Below, one piece after another: positions 1-10,600 of a stretch of DNA of 64,000 bases. Within the stretch, counting starts at the first letter, position 1. Each line of letters starts with the position of its first letter. This DNA is from a virus. Its lineage: Duplodnaviria > Caudoviricetes. The position numbers were made by a program, and so were the translations under genes. The stretch covers positions 3,210-67,209 of IMG/VR virus record IMGVR_UViG_3300032007_000080; one strand, written 5' to 3'. The notes under the pieces were generated by a model. That model searched no databases. It was not told the origin of the DNA and saw only the letters and a list, made by a program, of their open reading frames with translations.

Positions 1-251
1 ATTTTATGTCTTAATTCCAAATCTTTTCTATCACAAGTTAGATACACAACTAATGTGTCTTTGTTAGCCTCCAATAATTTATTTGTAAATTCTGTACTCA
101 TAAATCTATTGAATACTTCTGCATACGCAATTGTACTCATAAGGCCTCTACTACTAACTGGTATCATACGACCAGACATATAATCAACATAACTTACTAA
201 TGTATCTTTACCTGTACGGTCTAGTCCTTCAATTTCTACTCTAGCTATCAT
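1..251 (-). CDS. dNMP/thymidylate kinase-family protein, 5' part (runs off the window edge)
   Basis: Not in ORF track; hand translation MIARVEIEGLDRTGKDTLVSYVDY... has the TMK-type P-loop EGxDxxGKxT; RBS GAGGTG upstream. Confidence 0.75.
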   Translation of the reverse strand, partial: MIARVEIEGLDRTGKDTLVSYVDYMSGRMIPVSSRGLMSTIAYAEVFNRFMSTEFTNKLLEANKDTLVVYLTCDRKDLELRHK

Positions 252-447
252 ATTTTCACCTCATTTCTTTTCAAAAAATTTTTATATATTCATTATATAT
301 CATATTTTTAATAAAAAGTAAACAAATTGGATTAAAAATGGACTATATTTCAAAATGGTAGAAAAAAGGTTGAATTTATGAAAAATCTTAATTACTAGGT
401 TCAATTCTGGGAGATTTTAAAAATCTTTTAATATAATTTCATTATGA

Positions 448-484
448 AAAAAATAGAGAGAACCAGGATAAACCTGGTCTCTCG
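448..484 (-). terminator. Intrinsic terminator after the tail operon
   Basis: Minus strand GAGAGACCAGG-TTTAT-CCTGGTTCTCTC followed by a T-run. Confidence 0.7.
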
Positions 485-577
485 TGTTTCTCAAAGTCTA
501 TCCCCGTAAGACTTTGGAGATTTATATTTTAAATCAAGTCTTTTTTAATCAACTTGTCCCACATTTCATCAACATAA

Positions 578-928
578 CTATCCCCGGCCTAATTCATTAT
601 ACTTTGCCTTCTGTTCGTGGAGAATATGTTTTTCTTCCACAGTTGGTACATACCCATTTTCTATACGGCTAAGCATACTAACTAATTGGTCTTTGTAATA
701 TCTTAAATGATGTTCTTCCATAAAACATTTTAATTCTCTATCGGCTTTTTCACTTTCTTGTTTCATATTGTCCAATTTACTATCTATTGACTTAACTAAA
801 TCATCACTTTTGTTTCTTTTGGTGTTAGCTCTAACTTGGATTATAATTCCAATTAGAGTGAATAATGGAGTAACGATTAAACCAATCTGTGCTATCAATG
901 CCATAACATAAGGGTTTCCATTTTCCAA
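578..928 (-). CDS. Small membrane protein (holin-like/hypothetical); likely TTG start at 928
   Basis: N-terminal TM segment (ALIAQIGLIVTPLFTLIGIII) then charged coiled coil; AGGAGG RBS before TTG. Confidence 0.55.
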   Translation of the reverse strand: MENGNPYVMALIAQIGLIVTPLFTLIGIIIQVRANTKRNKSDDLVKSIDSKLDNMKQESEKADRELKCFMEEHHLRYYKDQLVSMLSRIENGYVPTVEEKHILHEQKAKYNELGRG

Positions 929-947
929 TGTATTATTCCTCCTTTCA

Positions 948-1211
948 CTAATACTCTTGTGACAGAATATTCTGTACATCAATTTCTGTATTTAGTGAAG
1001 TAGTTCTAAATGTATATATTGGATTATCGTTATCGTCTCTCGAAAAAGCAGTGCATACGCCCATCGTGCCATCGGTATCAAAAGCCATAAAACCTAAGTC
1101 TACTTCACCTGAAACAGCATTTAATACAGAAGGGTCCGTAATATTTAGAGTTTCTCCAATAACTCTTGGAAATTTAGTTGGTGAACTAAGCACTCCAATA
1201 TTATTACTCAT
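948..1211 (-). CDS. Hypothetical protein at the end of the tail operon
   Basis: ORF with GGAGG RBS, overlapping the stop of the upstream gene. Confidence 0.6.
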   Translation of the reverse strand: MSNNIGVLSSPTKFPRVIGETLNITDPSVLNAVSGEVDLGFMAFDTDGTMGVCTAFSRDDNDNPIYTFRTTSLNTEIDVQNILSQEY

Positions 1212-4200
1212 ATACATCGCCTCCTTTTTGAATTTTGGTCATTCTACTAACTCTAACAGTTGCCTGATTTACATCTGTTACAACGTATAGATGACCTAAA
1301 CTATCAGTTATGATAAAACCTATACCAATAGTTCCAGATATTATAGTTATATCTGTTATATTTATTATATCACTAGCTTTAAAACTAATCAACCCATAAC
1401 CGACGTTATTTCTATCTGTTTCATTTGCATAAGTAGCTGTCAATGTTTTTGGAGAGTTTGTAGTAGTTATTGTTGTAGTTGGGTCATAAATACTTCCAAT
1501 GCCAGACGTATCTCCTACCCATTTTACGAAGTTCTTTCCTTGAATTGTATTGGCTGTGATATGAAGTGTTGTATTTGGTGCGAAATATTCTCCGCCTTCA
1601 ACAATTACACCACTATTTACTGTTAATTTATATGATGTTGTATAATTAGCTGTTAACGTAATTGCTCTTTCTGGCATTCTAACTTCTTGTGGATATTCAC
1701 TTGTACCAGGATTTAATACGTCAAATACACCACCATCAAATAATGATATATAAGCTACATCACCAGTCCATCTAGTAAATGTATATCGTTCTCCATTTAC
1801 TACAGGTGGTATAAAGAATACGCTAACTTTTTTATCTTTATAGTATTGACCAGATACTCCGCCATTATTTACCGTGAATGTATATGTTTGTTTTAATTGA
1901 GTTCGTGCTGTTAAATGTACATCAAAATCGGCCATAACTATACTAGATATTGGTTTTATAACATTAGTAACTAACGCTGTTTCTGCATCTGTATCTCCTA
2001 CCCATTCACTAAAATAGCTTTCTTCTGGTACATAATTAACTTTAATTTCTACTTCAGTACCTTCTTCATATTCTCCATCTGTACCCCAAACTTCTGTGAT
2101 TTCGTGAGTATCTGGGTCTTCTGTTCTTGATATTAAACATTGAGCTATATTTGTTGGAGACATATATAAATGGTATCTCAAAGTCCAGTCTAATGGTTTA
2201 TATTCATCTTCACTTATTGTTATATTTCTTGTAGGCATGTGAACTACTTGAGGTATCTCATAAGTTCCACCATAATATCTCTGTCTTGGAGTACCAACAG
2301 TTAAATATTGATAATCTCCTAACCAACGATAGAATTTTAAACCTTCTGGAGGTTCTGTACAATAAAATTCTTGTGTACCACCAGCTGGAATATGATATAC
2401 GTCGTGTGTACCATCAATTCTATTTATGGTAAACTCATAAGTTGTCTCTGGGTCTGGTATATAATATGTAGCCCTAACTGTTATATCGTGAGTAACATTT
2501 CTTAAATATGTAGTTTCTGCTAGTGGTTGATACACGTCATTGTTATCACCTACCAAAACTTCCCATTGTAAGAATTGGTATCCCTCAGGCGCAGGTTTCA
2601 TTTGGATAGTTGGTTGACTATTTCTTAATACTACACCACTTGTAACCCATTGTCCGTTTATTTGAATATAACCATTTTGAACAGTAACATTAAATGATGG
2701 TATCAATTTATATGTAGCTCTAACTGTTGAGTCTTGTGAATGTGCATATACTGAAGTAGATTGTGATAATGGATTTCCTAAAGTAGCATCACCACTATCT
2801 ATTACCCATCTGTCAAATTCATATCCGCTTGGAGCAGGATTAGCTGCGATTTGTCTTGAATAACCTTCAATTATATTATATGTATTTGTTCCACTATTGG
2901 TTATTACTGTTATAGCTCTATAATTATAATTTGCTGTAACTGTACCATTACCTCTACCTAATTTAACTGTTGTTGTACGTGATGTAGTGCTTCCAATACT
3001 ATATAAATTTGAGTATGTCCAATGTGAAAAATCTCCACTATCTGCAGTAATAGATACAGCTTGACGTTCTTTGTAATCACCAGAACCACTACCATTATTT
3101 ACTGTTAAATGATATGTTTCTTTTGCTCTGTATACTACTTCAATAGTTGTATTTCTTGATACATAAAATCCGTATGATGTAGATGTACTAACTTGTGTAC
3201 CATCTTTATTCCAACCAACTAATAAATAATCTCCAACTTCTTCATTGGTAGAAGAACTCCAATAATCACCAGATAATACTTGCGATGTAGTTGTTTGTCC
3301 ACCATTATTTCTATTTATCAATGTTACAGTGTAAGTTTCATAATATTCGTATCTAGCCTCAACAACTCTATTACTTGTTCCAACATTAAATGTATATGTC
3401 GTAGATGTACTTAATTGTGTAGAACCTTCATACCATCCAACAAATCTATAATTTCCAACAACTGAATTTGTTGTAACTCTGTAATAATGATTTCTTACAA
3501 CTTGAACAGTATTTGATGTATCGGCATTATTTACATTTTGAATAGTCAAACTAATCAATGGAGCATAATGACCTGTAATTACTGCGTTTCCATCTCCAAC
3601 TGTAAATGTATTATTTTGATTTCCAATACCATCACTACCAATACCACCTAAACCTTCAACAGACCAATAATCTATACCTTGTGAATTATCTGGAGGTGTA
3701 GGTACTAATGTATAACTTGATGATTGCATTAAATTACTTGCCTTATTTACATCTTCACCATTAACTCTAATTTTACCATTTATTACTTGAACATTATTAT
3801 ATGAATATCTATAACTATAGTTAGCTCTAAATGAAATGTTATAATCTCTCATTTTAAAACTTTGACTAGAACTATAAATATCTTCCAAATAACTTGTATC
3901 ACCTGACCAGTTATCAAATCCATAATGGTCTGGTACATCTGCTGAAATATATACATCATCTCCATAATTATATAAACCTGAACCTGAACCATTTGTTACA
4001 TTAACTGTATGTTGTCCTGCGTTTACATAAAATGGGTTTAAGTTTACATCACAATCTGGCATACTTAACCAAACAGTTGATGGGTCTAAATCTGCAGTTG
4101 ATATATTTTCTAATGCAGCTTGTGTTCCTTCCCAATGATGGAACGCTTTACCAGTAGAAGCACGATTTGCAATAATCATTATATTATCTCCAGCGTAGAA

Positions 4201-4971
4201 TATACCAGTAGTTGGTCCTGATTCTGCGTGGTCATCTCCATTTGGAGAAATATAAGCATTTGTAAGTGTTAATCTTCTAGGATAAGCCGTTCTAAAATTA
4301 GCAGTTAATTCTACATTATGATATTGACCTTCAAATGTTGCGTTTTGTGTATTTATATCTGGTCTAACAAACGCTAAGTCATCTACATTTCCACTCCAAG
4401 CTGTAAATAGTTTATATTGGGAGTCTGGTTCTGGTGGAACTCCAACTATGTGAGCTATTTCTGTTTCAGCGATATATGCTTGACTAGCGTTTATCGTTTC
4501 TGTTGAACCATCTAATCTTTCAATAGTTGTAATCATACCATCGTGTAATGTTAATACAAAATAATCTATTGGCAAGTCTGGTTGATTATGCATAATATCT
4601 AACGCTCTTTCAATATCATTGGCTAAACTAAAATTTATTTGTGTTGCTATTTTTAACGTTGGTAAGTCTTCAAAAATCATTGGATTAGATAATTCCATTA
4701 AAGCCATAACATTATGAATTATACGTCTCATATCTGTAGTCGTTGGAATATCATCACCATTCCAATTAGTTTTACAAGTTATTTGAGGCATAACTCTTAT
4801 TATTCTATGTTCTAACATATATTCTGCACAATACGCTGTGTTATTTTCAATTCTGTTTAAATCTATCGCGTTATAACATCCTTTTGGATTTTCCATAGTT
4901 GGGTCATATTGTACATCTTGAATATCTGAGTAATTTCTATCATAAATAGGTGTAATCCATTCATTAACCAA
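1204..4971 (-). CDS. Large minor tail/host-attachment protein with many InlB B-repeat-like (Flg_new-type) beta-sandwich repeats
   Basis: Recurrent units such as V(T/N)NGSGSGxY...V(T/S)I(T/S)A...FxxWxGD...MP...LTAxY; located after the baseplate-type gene. Confidence 0.7.
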   Translation of the reverse strand: MVNEWITPIYDRNYSDIQDVQYDPTMENPKGCYNAIDLNRIENNTAYCAEYMLEHRIIRVMPQITCKTNWNGDDIPTTTDMRRIIHNVMALMELSNPMIFEDLPTLKIATQINFSLANDIERALDIMHNQPDLPIDYFVLTLHDGMITTIERLDGSTETINASQAYIAETEIAHIVGVPPEPDSQYKLFTAWSGNVDDLAFVRPDINTQNATFEGQYHNVELTANFRTAYPRRLTLTNAYISPNGDDHAESGPTTGIFYAGDNIMIIANRASTGKAFHHWEGTQAALENISTADLDPSTVWLSMPDCDVNLNPFYVNAGQHTVNVTNGSGSGLYNYGDDVYISADVPDHYGFDNWSGDTSYLEDIYSSSQSFKMRDYNISFRANYSYRYSYNNVQVINGKIRVNGEDVNKASNLMQSSSYTLVPTPPDNSQGIDYWSVEGLGGIGSDGIGNQNNTFTVGDGNAVITGHYAPLISLTIQNVNNADTSNTVQVVRNHYYRVTTNSVVGNYRFVGWYEGSTQLSTSTTYTFNVGTSNRVVEARYEYYETYTVTLINRNNGGQTTTSQVLSGDYWSSSTNEEVGDYLLVGWNKDGTQVSTSTSYGFYVSRNTTIEVVYRAKETYHLTVNNGSGSGDYKERQAVSITADSGDFSHWTYSNLYSIGSTTSRTTTVKLGRGNGTVTANYNYRAITVITNSGTNTYNIIEGYSRQIAANPAPSGYEFDRWVIDSGDATLGNPLSQSTSVYAHSQDSTVRATYKLIPSFNVTVQNGYIQINGQWVTSGVVLRNSQPTIQMKPAPEGYQFLQWEVLVGDNNDVYQPLAETTYLRNVTHDITVRATYYIPDPETTYEFTINRIDGTHDVYHIPAGGTQEFYCTEPPEGLKFYRWLGDYQYLTVGTPRQRYYGGTYEIPQVVHMPTRNITISEDEYKPLDWTLRYHLYMSPTNIAQCLISRTEDPDTHEITEVWGTDGEYEEGTEVEIKVNYVPEESYFSEWVGDTDAETALVTNVIKPISSIVMADFDVHLTARTQLKQTYTFTVNNGGVSGQYYKDKKVSVFFIPPVVNGERYTFTRWTGDVAYISLFDGGVFDVLNPGTSEYPQEVRMPERAITLTANYTTSYKLTVNSGVIVEGGEYFAPNTTLHITANTIQGKNFVKWVGDTSGIGSIYDPTTTITTTNSPKTLTATYANETDRNNVGYGLISFKASDIINITDITIISGTIGIGFIITDSLGHLYVVTDVNQATVRVSRMTKIQKGGDVYE

Positions 4972-7042
4972 GTGAAATCACCTCCATATCTCCTGCCCAA
5001 GTACCATCAAAAGTCCAATGATTTTGAAGTATATATACAGGCATTCTTTCTGTAAATTGTGTTTGTATAATTCCATAATCTCCTGCGTCTACAAGAGGTT
5101 CTCCTCTAGTTGTTAATTTATATTTGAATTTCTTTTGGTACCATTTTAAATATTTCTTTTTAATTAAATCTGTATCTTTTACAGTACCATTAGCATTCCA
5201 ACTTTTCATATCATTTCGCATAAGTTGTGTATCTAACACTAATGTACTAGATGTAACACTTCTTTCTTGTTTACGAGTAGTTATTATTGGATAACCATAA
5301 ATTGCAACATGTACAGTTTCACCTTCGCTTAAACCACTAACTTGAATTAAACCGTTTCTAGTATATAATTCTACACTTTGTACAGATGCGTTTGTAGTTT
5401 CTCCTTCTTCAATAACTAAACTTGCACCAGTTGGTGAACATTCTTGATATGATACATCATTATATATCGCAGATACATCAATTTTTGTAATCTCTTTTAC
5501 GCCTTCACTTCGGTCTTGATAGCTTTGATATTTTGGTAATGACAAATCTTCTAATCTTTCTATACTATCTAATTGTTCTGCATCTGGAATAGCCTCAAAG
5601 TCAGAGTAATTCCACTCAAATTGATGTGTAAATGTTTCAGGTTTTGTAATATCTAAATTAGCGAATTTAATTTTACCATTATCTTTTATCAATATCGTAG
5701 CTCCAATACTAAATGCAAGTAATTGAATAATCTCTCTACAAGAAGCGTTTGGTAACACAGTTCCAATTTGATAATCTCTATAACTTGTATCAGACCATTG
5801 TTCGTATGGAACTCCATTAGTTGGAACTTTTATACCATCACTTGACCATTCAATAACGCTATCATCTAGTCCTTGGAATACTAATAATTGATGTACAATT
5901 TCTCCAACAGTTCTATCTTCTCCATTAAAATATTCGTGTGTAAATATTTCTTCCATACTGTCTAATACAGAACCACATTCAAATGTAGCTGTTTCATCTC
6001 CATTAGCATATACACTCATAAGTCTTAATTCTTTCCAATCGTCCCAAGCGATTTCTACACTGCCATCTTCATTATTTACTTTTGGATAAGCATTTGGAAC
6101 CAATACTCTTGTATGATGTTGGTATTCTACAATTGGATTGCCATCTTCATCATAAGTAGGTTCTCCTGTTTCGGGGTCTAATACTGGTACTTCTTCAATA
6201 TAATCTTCTACCATATCTTCCATTACAACATTACCATTATCATCATATTCATAACCTGCTACATTATAACCATTTCTAAATTGAACTCTAGTTTGTTTAT
6301 CCAATGAAATGTATCCATTATCTGGATTATCTACATCGTATAAATGACTATAATTGTTTAAGTCAAATTTAAAAGTTCTTGATGGTAATGTATCACAAGC
6401 GTATGATGTTTTATCCATAAAGTCTGCATGAACTAACTCATCTTGGTTTATATAAATCATTTTTCCAAATAATACAGTGGACAACCTTATTCTCCTGTGA
6501 CCTACTCTAGTACCCACAAATTCAATTTCTAATCGTGTAACATTATCTAAGTTTAATTCAAAAACGACAGATGGTAGAGTTTCCACATCTTCCGTATCTG
6601 TCGTAAATGTATCTAATAATGTATCTCCACTATAAGCATGTAAATTTATTGTAATTGGGTAACCAGTAGGCACAGCAGGATTTAACATAAGTGAGAAAAA
6701 TTCCACTGTAGAAGAATTTGCTAGATTAACAACTACTCTTGGATTTGTTTCAAAATCTCCATTTTCATCGGACATAGAATTTGATATATAACCAGGAGTA
6801 TATGTTCCTTCCAAAATATTTGGAAATAAACCATTTAATAACCATAAGTTTTCTTCTAATGTAGCGATTGTTTGTGATGTATATTGTTTAATATCTTTTA
6901 TAGCGTCTATATTACAATATGATAATTTATCACTTGAGCTAACACTAGAAATTTGAATATTTGTATCTGGTATATACATCATAATTTCCATATAACCTTC
7001 TTGTCTAAGTCTAGCTTTCAAATGTTCTTCTGTTAAATCCAT
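4964..7042 (-). CDS. Minor tail/baseplate hub (Tal-like) protein
   Basis: 692 aa; synteny after TMP and the Dit-like gene. Confidence 0.6.
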   Translation of the reverse strand: MDLTEEHLKARLRQEGYMEIMMYIPDTNIQISSVSSSDKLSYCNIDAIKDIKQYTSQTIATLEENLWLLNGLFPNILEGTYTPGYISNSMSDENGDFETNPRVVVNLANSSTVEFFSLMLNPAVPTGYPITINLHAYSGDTLLDTFTTDTEDVETLPSVVFELNLDNVTRLEIEFVGTRVGHRRIRLSTVLFGKMIYINQDELVHADFMDKTSYACDTLPSRTFKFDLNNYSHLYDVDNPDNGYISLDKQTRVQFRNGYNVAGYEYDDNGNVVMEDMVEDYIEEVPVLDPETGEPTYDEDGNPIVEYQHHTRVLVPNAYPKVNNEDGSVEIAWDDWKELRLMSVYANGDETATFECGSVLDSMEEIFTHEYFNGEDRTVGEIVHQLLVFQGLDDSVIEWSSDGIKVPTNGVPYEQWSDTSYRDYQIGTVLPNASCREIIQLLAFSIGATILIKDNGKIKFANLDITKPETFTHQFEWNYSDFEAIPDAEQLDSIERLEDLSLPKYQSYQDRSEGVKEITKIDVSAIYNDVSYQECSPTGASLVIEEGETTNASVQSVELYTRNGLIQVSGLSEGETVHVAIYGYPIITTRKQERSVTSSTLVLDTQLMRNDMKSWNANGTVKDTDLIKKKYLKWYQKKFKYKLTTRGEPLVDAGDYGIIQTQFTERMPVYILQNHWTFDGTWAGDMEVISLG

Positions 7043-7125
7043 TTTTGCCTCCTTTCTAATTATACCTTAATATATAATTATGTCTATTTGTTTTTTGGTC
7101 ATGTAAATAGATAGGTTAGTGGTAA

Positions 7126-7626
7126 TCAAAAACCTTTGTCTATTAAGTTACATTTAACATTTTTATACCACGTAGGTCGTTTAATATACATACCACCTAC
7201 ATTAACTGTCTCCCATTCACAAGGAGTAGCTTCAAAATCTCCCCAATAATAACTTCGTTTTCTCCAACATTCATCTTCATCGTCCCAGTATGATAATTCA
7301 CAATCAAATTTTGCAATTTGTTTCTTTAACCATTGTACTGATTTACGAGAAAGATATGGCCAAGTTAAACTGTCAAATTTATTTAATCTTCTATTGATTT
7401 TTTGAGATATAACTCGGCCATTTGCATCTCTGGTTGAACGAACTAATTGTTCGGATTTTTCAACATAATCTCTCGCGGGGTTATTAACAGTATTGTACGT
7501 TTGACCGTGATATGTTTCTGTCCAATATCTACCTTGTGGGTCTTGCCATAAGAATTTACTACCATTTATTAAGAATAATGGAGCAAATGCGTTTTCTTTG
7601 AAAAACATACTCATCTGTGTACTCAT
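7126..7626 (-). CDS. Distal tail (Dit-like) protein
   Basis: 166 aa directly after the tape measure gene. Confidence 0.55.
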   Translation of the reverse strand: MSTQMSMFFKENAFAPLFLINGSKFLWQDPQGRYWTETYHGQTYNTVNNPARDYVEKSEQLVRSTRDANGRVISQKINRRLNKFDSLTWPYLSRKSVQWLKKQIAKFDCELSYWDDEDECWRKRSYYWGDFEATPCEWETVNVGGMYIKRPTWYKNVKCNLIDKGF

Positions 7627-7635
7627 AATAACCTC

Positions 7636-10600
7636 CTATCTAGCATATTGCTTTTGGCTTAATATACCATTACTTACTTTATTACTAGCTCTTTCTACTG
7701 TAGCGACTAAATCTGCACCTCTTTGTACAAATTCACCATTTATTTTAATACCTTGAGCTACCATACTTTGTAATTCTCTAACTTGATTTACGAGATTTCT
7801 AATTTCTTCATTAGTTCTATTTGTAGCTGTATTATCAAGAGATACTGGTTTATTATATTTAGCAGGTATAATTGCTTCACCTTTGTGTACATACGCTAAT
7901 TGGTCGTTTGGTACATAATTTGTACCTACATCATAACTTGGGTGTTTCTTTTGGAACTCATCATATTCTTCGTCTGTTTTGAAACCTTTACCAGAGAAGA
8001 AATTACCAAATCTTTGACCTGTGTCAGATGCAAAACCTTTTATACCTTCCCAAGCAGATTTTACTCCTTCTCCAATTTTTGAGAAGAAACCTTTAGCACC
8101 TTCCCATGCATTTTTAGCTCCATCAACAATAGAATTTTTAATATTATTCCAAGCTGTAGATGCATTAGTTTTTAAAGTGTTCCAACTATTAGATAAATTA
8201 GTTTTAATTTCATCAAATTTATTTTTAACGTTTGTAGCGATTTCACTAACTTTTTGACCAATTGCTGAATTTTTAATGTTATTCCAAGTTTCACTAGCTT
8301 TATTTTTGATATTATCCCAAGTTTCAGCAGCTTTTGTTTTTAAGTTCTCCCATTTTTCTTGTACTTTAGTTTTAAGTTCTTCAACCTTACCGCCTACTGT
8401 TTCTTTAATATTTCCCCAAATTTCGCTAGCTTTGGTTTGAACATTATCCCAAACTTCTCCGGCCTTAGTTTTAATGTTTTCCCATTTTTCACTTAAATTG
8501 GTTTTTAGGGTTTCTACTTTTTCTCCAACTGTAGTTTTTACAGTTTCCCATGCTTCACCAGCTTTAGTTTTAATTTCTTCCCATTTTTCACCAACTTTAG
8601 TAGCGATTTCTGCTACCTTTTGTCCTATAGCACTTTCTTTTATAGCATCCCAAGCAGTTATAGCTTCAATTTCAATAGATTTCCAAATATTACCAGCTGT
8701 AGTTTTCATACCGTCCCAAATATTACCTGCTGTAGTAGCGATGCCTTGACCAATTTCACCTAATTTGGTTCCAACACCACCCCAAAATTTACCCCAGCCT
8801 TCTTTGAAATCTTCCCATTTCTTACCAGCGTTAATTTTGAATTTTTCCCAGTCAGAATAATATTGTTCTGCACCTTGTTGTACACCTTCTCGCATATCTT
8901 CTGGTATTTGTGATAGAAATACTTCACGTTCATCTTTACTTAACGTAGCATATACTTGTGATAATCTATCTTGCATTTCTTCACTTGAATATACACCTTT
9001 ATTTGTAGCATCTTGCATACTAGCGATAAATTCACTATAATCTCCACTTTCTTTTGCTTTATCTTTAAGTATAGCGTTTTCATAGTCTGTTTGTTGTTTT
9101 AAAGCATCAGCTGTATTTTTTACACAGTCTTGATAATTCTCATAAGCTTTTACCAATAACTTTTGTTCAGTAGTTAAATCACCATATTTAATAGTTCCAT
9201 TTTCTACTTGTTTATATAATGCTTCACCAGATTGTCCTGTAGCTTGTTCCATACCTTTTAAATCTTGTAAAGCTTGATATTCATTACCTAAAGCTGTATT
9301 GTATTGTTCTGTAGCCCATTTCAAATCATCTGCAGAAACTTTTAATTTGCTAAAGTCTCCACCCATATCACCGAAAAACCTTGATACTTTACCAACAACA
9401 GTACCACCAAGAAATCCAACTAATGCTCCTACACCAGCACCAATAGCTGTACCAATACCAGGGCATATAGCTGTACCAACAGCAGCACCAATCGCTAATC
9501 CATAACCAGTACCAGCCTTCTTACTTTCTTTTTCTACCATATCAAAGTCACCGTGTGTAGCAGCCGTTATTGCATTAGCTGTACCAGAAATACCTAAAGC
9601 GATACCTCCTACTACTGCAACACCTACTGCAGCTCCTGTCTCAGCCGTTAAACCTAAACTAGCACCTAACGCTGATGCTCCAATTTTAGCTCCTGCTATA
9701 CCACCAAGAATACCTCCACCGATACCAATTGCAGCATCACCTTTATCCGCTGTTTTATTTCTTTCTTTTGGTGTCATCTGGTTCCATTTTTGTGCTAATT
9801 TTATATCTTGGAAAATACCATATAATGTAGTAGCTAAGCCTATGGCTATACCTAAACCAGTCAATAGATTACTTAATGATAATCCTTTTAGTAATCCACC
9901 AAAGTTTTTACCCCAGTCTGTTAATTGTCCAAAGAATTTAGCTAATTTGTAACCTGCCCAAGCAGCAACTAACCATTTCCAATGGTCTATAATCCATTGA
10001 AATACATTTTTTACACCTTCCCAAGCTTTTGCAACCTTATCAGCCATACCTTCCCAGAATTTAACTTGTTCGTCTGATAATGGTTCCATTTTAAAGTTTC
10101 CACTATCAAATATTGTATCGGTATTTTCTCCTACATTGTGTAATTCATCAAAACTAGCAGTTATCTGGTCTAACATTGCTTTATTCTTTTTCCAATCTTT
10201 GCTATCAAATAAATCTACACCAGCGAATTTCTTTGTGAATATATTTGCTACTTGTGCTACTTTTAATAAAAATTGTGCAAATTTTTCAAATAATGGTTCA
10301 AACGCAGTAACAAGATTATATTTAATCATTTCAAACGTATTTTTAAGTTGTTTATTTTCAACTCTGTCTAACCAAGAGTTCCAACCTTTAGTAAATAAAT
10401 TCAAAGGGTTAATCATATTAGCGATAGTGTTACGAATTTGTGTTAAAATTCTTTTACCTAATCTAGTAATAGCATTATTACGTTTAAATATTTGCCAGAA
10501 TTTTGTAGCTTTTGAATTTATTTGGTCCCATAATCCATTTTCTTTTTGCATATCATCAGAACGGAAATTTTCTTTTAACGGATTGGTTTGCATATCTTCA